Below, one piece after another: positions 15,039 through 24,739 of a stretch of 64,000 nt of DNA. The position numbers and the translations under genes are program-made. Source of the stretch: Polyangiaceae bacterium (GTDB lineage: Bacteria; Myxococcota_A; Polyangia; Polyangiales; Polyangiaceae); NCBI GenBank assembly GCA_025936115.1, contig JAICTZ010000038.1, forward strand, positions 1,975 through 65,974, read 5' to 3'. How positions within the stretch are numbered: the stretch's first letter is position 1; the number at the start of each line of letters is the position of its first letter. Below the pieces are notes generated by a model, which worked only from the letters and a program-made list of their open reading frames with translations, did not search any database and was not told the origin of the DNA.

Positions 15039-16546
15039 AGCGCACGCACGTCGCGCTGTTCGTGGGCGCGCTGTCGTTCACCACGGCGGTGGGCGCGCGA
15101 CCGGGCGGCGGCCAAGCGTATCGTGGCGGCAGTAGCCGTTCGAGCGGCAGCAGTTCGCACTACTCACCGAGTAGCGGCAGCTCGCGGAGCTACGGGCCGA
15201 GCGGGGGCGGGGGAGACGTCGACTCTGGGCTCGTGCTCGAGCTCCTGCTGCTCTGTTTTCGTTACCCGCCGCTCGGGTTGCTCGTGGTCGGTGGCGTCGT
15301 TGGCTTCGTCATTCTCAACCGGCGACGAACGCGTGGGCTTTCGGACTGGTCCGTGGGCGGCATGCCAGCGCGCGTCGAAGCAACGACACGCACGACTTCG
15401 GCACGGCGTGAGCTCACGCGGCTCGTCGAGAGCGATCCGGGGTTTTCGCTGGTTCTATTCGAAGATTTCGCGTACGCCCTCTACGCCGAGCTCGAGATGA
15501 AGCGGCCGGGGGGCGAGCTCCAGCGACTCGCCGCCTTCTTGAGTCCGCCCGTCATGGAGCTGCTCCACGATCCGAAGTTGGAACGTGTCGACGGCGTCGT
15601 GATCGGCGCGATGCGCTACGTCGCCGTGGATCACGGTAGCGAACGCACGGCCGTGACCCTCGAGCTCGAGGCGAACCTCAGCGAAGTGCGCGCGGGCGTG
15701 GTGCAGCGTTTCTACGTCTGCGATCGACTCGTGCTCACGCGTGCTCGCACGGCGCGCTCCCGCCCGCCGGGTCGGAAGCGCAAGCTCGACTGTCCGAACT
15801 GCGGCGCGCCACTCGAGGGCATGCGCGGCACGACATGCGGCTATTGCCGGCAAGAAGTGGGTGGCGGACGGCTCGACTGGCAAGTCGAGCGCATCGAGCG
15901 CCTCACGACGGAGCAACGGCCGCCGGACATCCTGTCGGACGCGGCGGAAAGCGGCAATCAGCTGCCGACGCTCGTAGCGCCCGGGGCCGAGCAACGCATG
16001 AGTCAATTGTTGGCTCGAGATCCGGCAAGCGATCCGGCGGCACTTTCGGCGCGCGTCGCCTTCGTCTTCAACGCGCTCCAATTCGGCTGGTCCAATCGCG
16101 ACCTGGCTCGGATTCGGCCCTTCGTGACCGACGGTCTTTTTCAATACTTCGGCTACTGGATTGACGTGTACACGACCGTGCGGGCCCGCAACATCACGGA
16201 AAATGCACGCATTTTGAACATCGAGCTCGCCGATGTCGTCGCCGATGCCGTCTACGACGCCGTCACCGTGCGGCTCTTCGCCGTGAGCGTCGACTACACG
16301 CTCTCCGACGACGGCAAGGTACTCTCCGGCAGCCGCGAGCGCGAGCGACACTACAGCGAATATTGGACGCTCGTGCGGGGGCGGGGCGCTCAGGGGCGGC
16401 CGCGCACGGAACCGGTGTGCCCCGCCTGTGGCGCACCGCTCGACATCGGCATGGCGGGCAATTGCGGCTACTGCCATGCACGCATCGTGAGCGGAGAGTT
16501 CGATTGGGTGCTCTCGCGCATCGAGCAAGACGAAGCTTACGGCTGA
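15035..16546 (+). CDS. Tim44-like domain protein with two zinc-ribbon motifs
   Basis: A TTG start overlaps the upstream stop (TTGA). It has a signal/TM region and a Ser/Gly-rich tract. There are two copies of a module ending in CPNCGAP...CGYC / CPACGAP...CGYC. FGWSNRDLARIRPFVTDGLFQYF resembles a Tim44-like domain. Confidence 0.65.
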   Translation: MKRTHVALFVGALSFTTAVGARPGGGQAYRGGSSRSSGSSSHYSPSSGSSRSYGPSGGGGDVDSGLVLELLLLCFRYPPLGLLVVGGVVGFVILNRRRTRGLSDWSVGGMPARVEATTRTTSARRELTRLVESDPGFSLVLFEDFAYALYAELEMKRPGGELQRLAAFLSPPVMELLHDPKLERVDGVVIGAMRYVAVDHGSERTAVTLELEANLSEVRAGVVQRFYVCDRLVLTRARTARSRPPGRKRKLDCPNCGAPLEGMRGTTCGYCRQEVGGGRLDWQVERIERLTTEQRPPDILSDAAESGNQLPTLVAPGAEQRMSQLLARDPASDPAALSARVAFVFNALQFGWSNRDLARIRPFVTDGLFQYFGYWIDVYTTVRARNITENARILNIELADVVADAVYDAVTVRLFAVSVDYTLSDDGKVLSGSRERERHYSEYWTLVRGRGAQGRPRTEPVCPACGAPLDIGMAGNCGYCHARIVSGEFDWVLSRIEQDEAYG

Positions 16547-16563
16547 CGGAATCCGCGCTGGGG

Positions 16564-17787
16564 TCAGCGCGCCGTCACGTAAAAGAAGTCGCGCGTCGAG
16601 GAATGCCCGAGGTACTGGTCGGGCTCGTACAAGAAGCCCTTCACGGCTCCGACGGCGCTGAGCTTGCCGGAGTCGCTCTCTTCGTACACGACGAAGCGCG
16701 GAAACGAGAAGTTCACGTCCAGCTGCGCGACCGTGACGGCGCCGGCGTCCCGCATGCCGAGCGCCATCGCGCGCGCCGTCGTCGAGTTGCTGATCCCCAC
16801 GAACAACGTGCTGCCGTCCGGGCTGAGGCCCATCGCGGAGCGGCGGATCACGGTGTCGCCGTCGATGGTCGCACCCCAATTTTTGGTGTCCGCGGAGCGC
16901 AAGCCTGGATGCAGCACGCCGTTTTCCAGCATGCACCCGGGAGTCTGGCGCCACCAGACGAGCTCCTCTGCGGCGGGCGCAAGCTTCGACCAGGGCGCGA
17001 TGCTGAGCGTACCGTCCGCCGTGGCGGCGATCGTGCAAGAGAGCGGCCTCGGCGGGAGTAACGTCTTGCCGTCGACCATCATGCCGAACTGACCGTGCTC
17101 GGCTTTGAACCCGCCGTTGAATGCCGCGATGAGCTCGCCGCGATCCGCATCCGGCACGACGCCGGGACGCGCGGCGCTCGGTGTGCTGTCGGTGCTCTTC
17201 GGCTCGATGCTGCCGGCCGTCGCGTGGACGCTCAGCTTCGAGAGATCGAGCGCGAAGACGAAGAGCTCGGCGTAGCTGCGCTGGGGATCGGGATGAATCA
17301 GCGTGCGGAACAGCGCGGGCGTGCTGCCGGTGCGGACCGGCACCGCGCTCCACACGCCGTCGCCCGCTGCTGCGACGGCGGGGTAGGGTGCCGCGACGTT
17401 TGGCGGACGGTGCTCGAGCGCGAGAGTCGCGGGCAGCTCCTCCGTGCCGGACAACAGCGCGGCCGGCGTCACATCGGAAAGGGCGCGGGCCTTGCCGGTG
17501 CTCGTCGCCTGCTCCACGTGGTCCTCGACGTCTGCCACGGCCTCTTCGAGCTCGGTGACATGCTCGCTTCCAATCGCGCTACGCAGGGTGTCGGCGACGA
17601 GCGGGCCGAACGAGGGCAGCGTGCGCAGGGACATCCAGCCGCTGAGCGCAGTGAAGGAGAGCAGCGCCGTCGTGCGGAACATCCAGCGCGAAGGCTTCCG
17701 TTCGGGCGGTTTCGAGGCGCTCCAGCCGCTCGGCGGCGCGGGTGTGCGTAAGCCAAATGGAGTGAAACCAAAGCGTGACGAGGACAT
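16564..17787 (-). CDS. Phosphodiester glycosidase family (NAGPA/DUF2233-like) protein
   Basis: Start at the ATG preceded by GGGGAG. It has a TM anchor, FNGGFKAEHGQFGMMVDG, and GLSPDGSTLFVGISNSTTARAMALGMRDAGAVTVAQLD, as in DUF2233 proteins. Confidence 0.7.
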   Translation of the reverse strand: MSSSRFGFTPFGLRTPAPPSGWSASKPPERKPSRWMFRTTALLSFTALSGWMSLRTLPSFGPLVADTLRSAIGSEHVTELEEAVADVEDHVEQATSTGKARALSDVTPAALLSGTEELPATLALEHRPPNVAAPYPAVAAAGDGVWSAVPVRTGSTPALFRTLIHPDPQRSYAELFVFALDLSKLSVHATAGSIEPKSTDSTPSAARPGVVPDADRGELIAAFNGGFKAEHGQFGMMVDGKTLLPPRPLSCTIAATADGTLSIAPWSKLAPAAEELVWWRQTPGCMLENGVLHPGLRSADTKNWGATIDGDTVIRRSAMGLSPDGSTLFVGISNSTTARAMALGMRDAGAVTVAQLDVNFSFPRFVVYEESDSGKLSAVGAVKGFLYEPDQYLGHSSTRDFFYVTAR

Positions 17788-18029
17788 GTTTTGCTCCCCG
17801 GTCGGGGAGTAGTGCACCCGGTGTGCCATTGGTGTGCGCGCTGTCATCGTCGCGCGCCGTGGCACCGAGCCGCCAGATTTCGGCTATTGTTGATGAGCGT
17901 TCAGGCCGCCGCTCCACCGTCAGCGGAACAGCGCTGTTACGACGGCTCGACTTGTGGCGTCACACCCACGCGACCGTACGCAGACGGACACGCGTCGTAC
18001 GCACCTGCGCGCAGTCAGCTGCGCTGCGC

Positions 18030-18320
18030 TCAGTCGTGCGATTCGAGGGCGATCGGCAGCACGGCGGCGCGCGCTTGGGCCACGAGCTCTCCGCTCACGG
18101 CCGAGCCGTCGCGGCGCTGAATAATCAGTCGCTCGAAGATGCCGCGGCCGAGAGTACGCACTTGGTACGTCGAGACCACGATGCCGAGAGCGAAGAGCAC
18201 CCGGTGCAGCTTTCCGATGACGGGCGAGTGACCACGCTGCCCGATCTCCACGGCGGTGAGCTCGCTCCCGTTTTCGACGAAATGCACTTCGGTATCACTG
18301 TCCACGGCAGCTCCTGACAT
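18030..18320 (-). CDS. Hypothetical small protein
   Basis: 96 aa from the internal ATG (MSGAAVDSDTEVHFVENGSELTAVEIGQRG...). No secure motif was recognised. Confidence 0.45.
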   Translation of the reverse strand: MSGAAVDSDTEVHFVENGSELTAVEIGQRGHSPVIGKLHRVLFALGIVVSTYQVRTLGRGIFERLIIQRRDGSAVSGELVAQARAAVLPIALESHD

Positions 18321-18514
18321 GCGTACGACGACCCATGGTGTCAACCGACGCGGCGGTCGATCATTCCAGTCGCCGAGTGAGGTTGCGAAATGGGGCAGCA
18401 CCCCTGAGGGGCCGCTTCGTTCCCGAGGATTCGGCACGGTCGGTGCCTGAGCGTCCGGCCGGCCCGGCTGCGGAAAAGCCGCTACGGACGTGACGCGCTA
18501 GACCAATCCCGCCT

Positions 18515-19756
18515 GTGTCGTCTGAGCCTGCCGAACGTTCCGCGCTCGTTGCCCTGCGTCACCACAATTTTCGCCTGCTCTGGTTCGGCACGTTCGTTTC
18601 GATGGCGGGCTCGAACATGCGCCAGGCCGCAATCCTGTGGCACGTCTCGTTGCTCGTCCCGCAGGGACAGAAGGCCATTGCGCTCGGGGGTGTGGGACTC
18701 GTGCGGGTCGTTCCCATCGTGCTCTGCTCGCTCGTGGCGGGGGTCGTGGCGGACGCGTTCGATCGGCGCCGCGTGCTCTTCGCGACCAACTCCGTGATGC
18801 TGCTCATCTCGGGGACGCTCGCGCTCCTCACGTTCACGGGCCTGCACAGCGTGTTCACGGTGTACGCGCTCGCAGCCTTGAGCGCGGCCGCGGGCACGTT
18901 CGACAATCCGGCGCGAAACTCGTTCTTCCCCTCGCTCGTCCCGCGCGAGCACCTGCCGAACGCGATCAGCCTGAACAGCATTCTGTTTCAAGCCGCGTCC
19001 GTGGTCGGCCCCATGATCGCGGGGCTCGTGATCGCGGCGACGAACGTCGGAGTCGTGTACGTCATCGATGCCGCGAGTTTTGCCGTATTGATTGGGTCGC
19101 TCCTCTCGATGCGCGACCTGCCGCTGCATGCGGGAGCTGGACGTGGAGCCGTGACCGTGCGCGCCGCCTGGGAAGGTATTGCGTTCGTCTTCGGTCGTCC
19201 GCTGATTCGCGGCTCGATGCTACTCGACTTCGTTGCGACGTTCTTCGCGTCGGCGACGGCGCTCTTGCCGCTCTTTGCGCAGGACATTTTGCACGTCGGC
19301 GCCCACGGCTACGGCGTGTTGGCCTCGGCTTCTGCCGTCGGAGCAGTTCTCACGAGCATCTTCATGGTCGATGCCATCGAGCGCATTCGCCAGCGCGGGC
19401 GAGTGCTCATCACGGCGGCGGCATGTTACGGGCTCGTCACGGTGGCTTTCGGCCTGTCGCGCGTGTTTTGGTTGAGCTTCGCGTGCTTGTTCGCCGCGGG
19501 CGCGGCCGACATGGTGAGCACGGTGCTCAGGAACGTCATTCGCCAGCTCGCGACACCCGACGAGATGCGCGGCCGCATGACCAGCGTGAACATGATCTTC
19601 TTCATGGGCGGCCCTCAGCTCGGTGAGCTCGAGGCGGGGCTCGTGGCGCAGGCGTGGGGCCCCGTCTTTTCCGTGGCGTCGGGCGGCTTGGCCTGCGTGC
19701 TCGCGGTGCTTTGGATCGCTTGGCAAACCCCGTCACTCGCCAAGTACACGCTCTGA
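18515..19756 (+). CDS. MFS transporter (EntS/DUF894-like)
   Basis: 413 aa with about 12 hydrophobic spans. The N-terminal ALRHHNFRLLWFGTFVSMAGSNMRQAAILWHV is typical of this MFS subgroup. Confidence 0.85.
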   Translation: MSSEPAERSALVALRHHNFRLLWFGTFVSMAGSNMRQAAILWHVSLLVPQGQKAIALGGVGLVRVVPIVLCSLVAGVVADAFDRRRVLFATNSVMLLISGTLALLTFTGLHSVFTVYALAALSAAAGTFDNPARNSFFPSLVPREHLPNAISLNSILFQAASVVGPMIAGLVIAATNVGVVYVIDAASFAVLIGSLLSMRDLPLHAGAGRGAVTVRAAWEGIAFVFGRPLIRGSMLLDFVATFFASATALLPLFAQDILHVGAHGYGVLASASAVGAVLTSIFMVDAIERIRQRGRVLITAAACYGLVTVAFGLSRVFWLSFACLFAAGAADMVSTVLRNVIRQLATPDEMRGRMTSVNMIFFMGGPQLGELEAGLVAQAWGPVFSVASGGLACVLAVLWIAWQTPSLAKYTL

Positions 19757-20182
19757 CGGCGTATCCACGCCCACGCCGAACTTGAAGACGAGGTGCCCGC
19801 CGAACCAACCCGTTGCCGAGACGAGCGCACCCCCGGCGAGCTCGAGGCCGAGGGGCAGCGCGCCCGGAACGGCACCCGCGGATGGCCGCAACGCGAACGC
19901 GAGTCCGAAGAGCGACAGCGTCCCGAGCGCGAGCCCGGCGTGGGTGAGCGCGACCTTCGTGAGCGTCGGACTCGGCGCATCGAGTCGATAGAGGTCGGCG
20001 AAGCCTGCCAGCGCGGCGAGCACGCCTCCGACGAGTCCCGCAAGCTCCAGGTAGTGTCCGACGACGGCGAGGCGCGTCGCCAGGCCGAGCCAGGCGACCA
20101 GGTCGCACACCGGAGCGAGGCCGAGCAAGGCGAGCGGGAACGCGACGAGCATCGGGTGCACAGGATGGCCGAAGAGGCGCAT
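19733..20182 (-). CDS. DUF2231-like membrane protein
   Basis: 149 aa. The N-terminal FGHPVHPMLVAFPLALL motif and four TM segments support the call. Confidence 0.75.
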   Translation of the reverse strand: MRLFGHPVHPMLVAFPLALLGLAPVCDLVAWLGLATRLAVVGHYLELAGLVGGVLAALAGFADLYRLDAPSPTLTKVALTHAGLALGTLSLFGLAFALRPSAGAVPGALPLGLELAGGALVSATGWFGGHLVFKFGVGVDTPSERVLGE

Positions 20183-20200
20183 GACGTTGCTCGCTGGAGC

Positions 20201-20542
20201 TCACGCTCCGGTGACGCTCACGAGCAGGGTAACGAAGGCCGCGACGGCAACGATCGCATGCACGAGCACGAGCCAGATCGGCAGCGCCAACTTGCGTAGG
20301 TGTCGGAAAAACAGCACGAAGCCACCTGCCGCCGCGACGAGAAACACGACGAGAGCGCTCGTCGCGAGCGCTGCGCCCGGTTTCTGGACCGCCACGATCA
20401 GCGTGATGAGCCCCGCGGCTGCCGCGACACCGTGCACGAGCGCCACGGTCATGGATGGATACGGCTTTCCGCGAAATCGGACGGCGGCCATCGTAATCCC
20501 GACGACAGCGGCAACGGCAAACAACACGAGAGCGAGCGTCAT
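20201..20542 (-). CDS. Small integral membrane protein
   Basis: 113 aa, four hydrophobic helices, no other motif. Confidence 0.65.
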   Translation of the reverse strand: MTLALVLFAVAAVVGITMAAVRFRGKPYPSMTVALVHGVAAAAGLITLIVAVQKPGAALATSALVVFLVAAAGGFVLFFRHLRKLALPIWLVLVHAIVAVAAFVTLLVSVTGA

Positions 20543-20651
20543 GACGAATGGAGTCGGACTCCGTACGAAAGGTTCCGTAAGTCACGACGCGGCACGTTTC
20601 GTCCGGCGGCGTCGCGATTCGCCACGCAGGTCCGCGGGCGACGCCGCCGAC

Positions 20652-21071
20652 TCAGGCCCGCTTGCGTAGGGTACCGAGGGTGACGAGCGCGGTGACGGCC
20701 ACTCCGAGCAGCGCAGGGCCGAGAAAGAAGTACTTGAACGACAACAACGTGCTGGCGAGCTGCGTCGCCGCGAGCGCCCAGGCGATGGTTGAGACATCGC
20801 CCCAGCGTTCGCGGGGAACCTTGTCGAGCTGCCAGGCGACGACGGCCGAAAAGACGATGTACGCCGAGACCATGATGCCGAAGCCGAACCAGAAGCCGTA
20901 CCAGGTGGAGTCGGCGCCGTTGAACACGAAATGCACGGACTTCATGGCGTCGAACACCGTGTCTGCACCAGGGCCGAGGCTTTTTTGGGCGAGCATGCCG
21001 CCGCCGGTGTGCCCGGCGCAGAAAATCACGAGCAGGTAGGTGGCGAGACGGAAGGGGGTGAGGAACCTCAT
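20652..21071 (-). CDS. Integral membrane protein
   Basis: 139 aa from the ATG preceded by GGAG. It has four TM segments. Confidence 0.65.
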   Translation of the reverse strand: MRFLTPFRLATYLLVIFCAGHTGGGMLAQKSLGPGADTVFDAMKSVHFVFNGADSTWYGFWFGFGIMVSAYIVFSAVVAWQLDKVPRERWGDVSTIAWALAATQLASTLLSFKYFFLGPALLGVAVTALVTLGTLRKRA

Positions 21072-21233
21072 GCTGCGCTCCGTGTGCGCAGTTTGCGTGA
21101 CCATCCGTTCACTGGACGCAGTAAAACGTGAGAATTCACGAACTTTTCTGAGAAATCATGACCAGTTGCGGTATCCATTCGGTTACATATCGCCGATCGG
21201 CGCCGGGCAGTCAAGAGCGTATGCTCGGCGTGG

Positions 21234-21833
21234 ATGCCGGAGCGGCTCGTGAGTGTGATCGGCGCGCTTGCGATGATGGGGTTCGCCTTCGCGCTTTGCC
21301 CCGGTGAACGCCGCCGTCATGTCAATCGACGCACGGTCGCGATGGGCATCGCGGTGCTCGTCGGGATGGCGGTGCTCGTGTTGCGCACGCCGGTACGCGC
21401 TTTGTTCTCGCTCGCGAATACGGGCGTCGAACGTCTGCTCGCCTTTAGCCACGAGTCATCGCCAAGCTGATGCTGCCGGAAGTCGAAGCGACCGAGACCA
21501 GCGGCGAGCTCCAGGTGGAGATCCCCAGAACGACCGCCAACGTCCTCGACGCGATCGCCGCGGGCGCAACGGACGGGATCAAGCTCGCCGTGAACGTGGG
21601 CGGAATGCTGCTCGTCTCCTTGGCGCTGACGGCGCTCGCGAACGCCGTATTCGGCTGGCTCGGTACGCACCTCTTCGGCTTGGAGCTCACGCTCGAGCGG
21701 CTCTTCGGTTGGGTGTTCTCCCCGCTTGCCTGGCTCCTCGGTGTGCCGGCGGCCGACGTGACCCTTTCGGGCGATGCTCGGCGGGATGCTCGCCACGAAC
21801 CTGGTTGCCTGCGTCGCGGGAGCACTCTTGTGA
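21234..21833 (+). pseudogene. Decayed NupC-family nucleoside transporter
   Basis: An N-terminal domain fragment (21234..21470) is followed in another frame by a piece matching the NupC C-terminal domain (VLDAIAAGATDGIKLAVNVGGMLLVSLALTALANAVFGWLG...FSPLAWLLGVPAADV). A third frame then encodes the extreme C-terminus (AMLGGMLATNLVACVAGALL, stop at 21831). About half of a ~400-aa protein is missing. Confidence 0.7.
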
Positions 21834-22000
21834 GCGCGGCGTCCTTTTTCGGCTGTAACCGATGGATATGACAGAATAATTTACGAAAGCGTCACGGGGT
21901 TCCAAAAAAATCGCAAGCCTTGTCGATCCGCGTCAGTCGCCGTTCGTTCGGGGGTCGAAGCTGCCGAACACCGGCGGCGACTCAGCCAAAGGAAAACGAC

Positions 22001-22354
22001 ATGAACCAGTATCTCTTGTCCGTGCACATGGTCGAAGGCGCCGCTCCCCCGAGCCCGGAGGTCATGCAGAAGATGTTCGCCGACGTGGACGCGTTCAACC
22101 AGGTGCTGCAAAAGTCGGGCGCCTGGATTTTCGCAGGCGGCCTGCAGCCCGTCACGAGCGCGACCGTCGTGCGCATCAAAGAGGGCGAAGTGCTTTTCAC
22201 CGACGGCCCGTTCTCGGAAGCCAAGGAGCAGATCGGCGGCTTCTGGGTGATCAAGGCCAAGGACCTCGACGAAGCGCTCAAGTGGGCCGCAGGGGCCACG
22301 CGCGCTTGCGGCGCACCCGTAGAGGTGCGCCCCTTCCAGGAACCCGCTCCGTAG
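22001..22354 (+). CDS. YCII-related (DGPF) domain protein
   Basis: 117 aa with an AAGGAAAA ribosome-binding site upstream. GPFSEAKEQIGGFWVIKAKDLDEALKWA is the YCII signature region. Confidence 0.85.
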   Translation: MNQYLLSVHMVEGAAPPSPEVMQKMFADVDAFNQVLQKSGAWIFAGGLQPVTSATVVRIKEGEVLFTDGPFSEAKEQIGGFWVIKAKDLDEALKWAAGATRACGAPVEVRPFQEPAP

Positions 22355-22356
22355 GC

Positions 22357-23595
22357 ATGGAAAGCTCGGAAGTCGAGCGCGTCTTCCGTGAGTGCTCGGG
22401 TCGGGCGGTCGCCACGCTGGCGCGCCGCTTCGGCGACCTGAGCCTCGCGGAAGAGATGGTGCAGGAAGCGTTCATTCAGGCGCTCGAGCACTGGCCGCGT
22501 GAAGGACTGCCGGCGAGTCCCCCAGGTTGGATCATCACGACGGCGCGCCGTGCGGCACTCGACCGGGTACGGCGCGAAGCTTCGCGCGACGAACGCCAAA
22601 AACAAAGTTTGCGCCTCTACGGCCCCGAGGAATCCGAACCTCTCGACGAGGGTCCCATGCTCGACGACGAGCTCCGGCTCATGTTCACCTGCTGTCACCC
22701 GGCGCTCGCGCCGAGTGCGCAGGTCGCGCTTACTTTGCGGCTGATCGCCGGTCTCGAGACCCGCGAGATCGCGCGCGCGTTCCTGGTGCCGGAGGCGACG
22801 ATGGCGCAGCGCCTCGTGCGCGCAAAAAACAAGATCCGCGACGCCAACATTCCGTACCGCATCCCGCCGTCCGAGGAGCTGCCGGCGCGGCTTCGCTGGG
22901 TGCTCGCCGTGATCTACTTCGTGTTCAACGAGGGCTACGTGTCATCCGCGGGGACGGAGCTCGGACGCACCGATCTCGTGAACGAAGCCCTGCGGCTCGC
23001 GCGTCACCTCGTCGAGCTCATGCCCGAGGAGCACGAAACCGTCGGCCTTTTGGCGCTCTTGCTCTTGATCGAGGCGCGCCGGCCCGCGCGCACGGCGCCG
23101 GACGGCACGCTCGTGCCGCTCGGCGAGCAAGACCGTTCACTGTGGGACCCGAAGCTCATCGCGGAAGGGCAGGCGCTCGTACGCCGCTGTCTCGTCGCGA
23201 ATCAGCCGGGCCCCTACCAAATCCAAGCGGCGATCAACGCCGTGCACGCCGACGCGCGACGCGCGGAGGACACGGCCTGGGAGCAAATCGTCGCGCTCTA
23301 TGACCAATTGCTCGTCTTCACGCCGACGCCCGTCGTGGCGCTCAATCGTGCCGTGGCCGTGGCCGAGCTGCGTTCGCCGAGCGAAGCGCTCACGCTCGTG
23401 GAACAGCTCGGGCTCGAGCCGTACTACTTGTTTCACGCGGTGCGCGCGGACTTGCTCGCGCGCGTGGGTCGGCTTTCGGAGGCAGCGAGTGCGTACGAAC
23501 GCGCGGGCACGCTCACGGCGAATCAAGCCGAGCTCAAGTTGATTGAGCGGCGACACCACGAGCTCTTGGCTCGCGCGCGAGTGCTCGCGCATTGA
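22357..23595 (+). CDS. ECF-type sigma-70 family factor with long C-terminal extension
   Basis: 412 aa. Region 2 (AEEMVQEAFIQALEHW) and region 4 (ETREIARAFLVPEATMAQRLVRAKNKI) are followed by a ~230-aa helical extension. It has the usual partnership with an upstream YCII gene. Confidence 0.85.
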   Translation: MESSEVERVFRECSGRAVATLARRFGDLSLAEEMVQEAFIQALEHWPREGLPASPPGWIITTARRAALDRVRREASRDERQKQSLRLYGPEESEPLDEGPMLDDELRLMFTCCHPALAPSAQVALTLRLIAGLETREIARAFLVPEATMAQRLVRAKNKIRDANIPYRIPPSEELPARLRWVLAVIYFVFNEGYVSSAGTELGRTDLVNEALRLARHLVELMPEEHETVGLLALLLLIEARRPARTAPDGTLVPLGEQDRSLWDPKLIAEGQALVRRCLVANQPGPYQIQAAINAVHADARRAEDTAWEQIVALYDQLLVFTPTPVVALNRAVAVAELRSPSEALTLVEQLGLEPYYLFHAVRADLLARVGRLSEAASAYERAGTLTANQAELKLIERRHHELLARARVLAH

Positions 23596-23623
23596 GAGCG
23601 GTGCTCAGGGCGCGCACCCAAAT

Positions 23624-24547
23624 TCAGAAGGAGCCGCCGCCGCCGAAGTGGAGCGCCCAGAATTTTCCTGAGTCGAACGCGAAACCGTATGGCTCGTCGA
23701 TGTTGAGCACGAGGCTCGTATCGAGAAATATGGAGCCCAAGTCGAAGCGGCCGTACGGCTCGATCGCAAAGAAGGTCGACGCGTCGCCACCTTCTGTCGG
23801 TACCCAGGTCAACGGCATGCGCAGGCCCACGAGGACCACGTCGGTCGCGTAATAGCCGACGCCCGGCGCGAGTTGAATCGAGAGCTCGGCGTCCCCTCCG
23901 GCCGTCGAAAAATGCAGGCCGAGCTGAGCGTCACCGCTCACGACGAGGCGTTCGCCGTACTCGAAGCGCGCGGGCGCGACGACACTGAACGCCTCGGGAG
24001 CCCACAGGCCCAGGTGTTCGCCACCGTAGGCAGCATGAGTCGCGCGGACGGCCCGGCGGGCCGTCCTACCAAAGTCATTGGTCCAGGGGCCCCACTCGAG
24101 CGCGCCGCCGACCTTGAGCCGCCAGGGGCGCTCTGCGCGCAAGTAATTCACTCCGAGGTGCAAATTGAGCAGCGCAAATCCGCCGTCGCTCTCGGCTTGG
24201 GTTTGCCCGAGATACGAGGCCGATCCGCCATACTGCGTCCAGGCGATCGGCAGCGCCGCCTCGATTTCGAGAGCGGGCAGGACTCGGTAGGCGCCACCGA
24301 CCAACAAGTTCAGGCCGTTGGTATGATCCTCGATAGTCGTACCAAGTACGTCGTCCGATTCTGCGGCGCGCGTGAATGCAAGCTCCGCGTAAGCGCGTGC
24401 CTTCTGGTCTCCGACGAACGATATGCCCGCTCCGAGCTGTCCGTTTGGCGCCGCGAAGCGATCAGTGCGATCGAGCTCAATTTCTGCTGCAAAAGCGTGC
24501 GTGGTGACGGCGAGCGAAATCAGCGTTGAAGCTGCAAAGGGTCGCAT
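23624..24547 (-). CDS. Outer-membrane beta-barrel protein
   Basis: GAGGAGG ribosome-binding site, signal peptide ending HAFAAE, alternating strands and a C-terminal GGGGSF. Confidence 0.7.
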   Translation of the reverse strand: MRPFAASTLISLAVTTHAFAAEIELDRTDRFAAPNGQLGAGISFVGDQKARAYAELAFTRAAESDDVLGTTIEDHTNGLNLLVGGAYRVLPALEIEAALPIAWTQYGGSASYLGQTQAESDGGFALLNLHLGVNYLRAERPWRLKVGGALEWGPWTNDFGRTARRAVRATHAAYGGEHLGLWAPEAFSVVAPARFEYGERLVVSGDAQLGLHFSTAGGDAELSIQLAPGVGYYATDVVLVGLRMPLTWVPTEGGDASTFFAIEPYGRFDLGSIFLDTSLVLNIDEPYGFAFDSGKFWALHFGGGGSF

Positions 24548-24739
24548 CGAGCTCCTCCTCGCCTGAGCGGCGTCAGGCACATGCGAAACTTTCTATCGCA
24601 GCGTCATCGCAGAACCAAGCAATCGGTGCTCGCGGGCGAACTCGTATCGCAGGTTGTGGGCCGACGTGCGTTCGAGTCGGCGAGGTCCAGACTTTTGCTG
24701 ACTTCGTTCTCGTGATGTGGGTACAGACACTCGCGAAGC

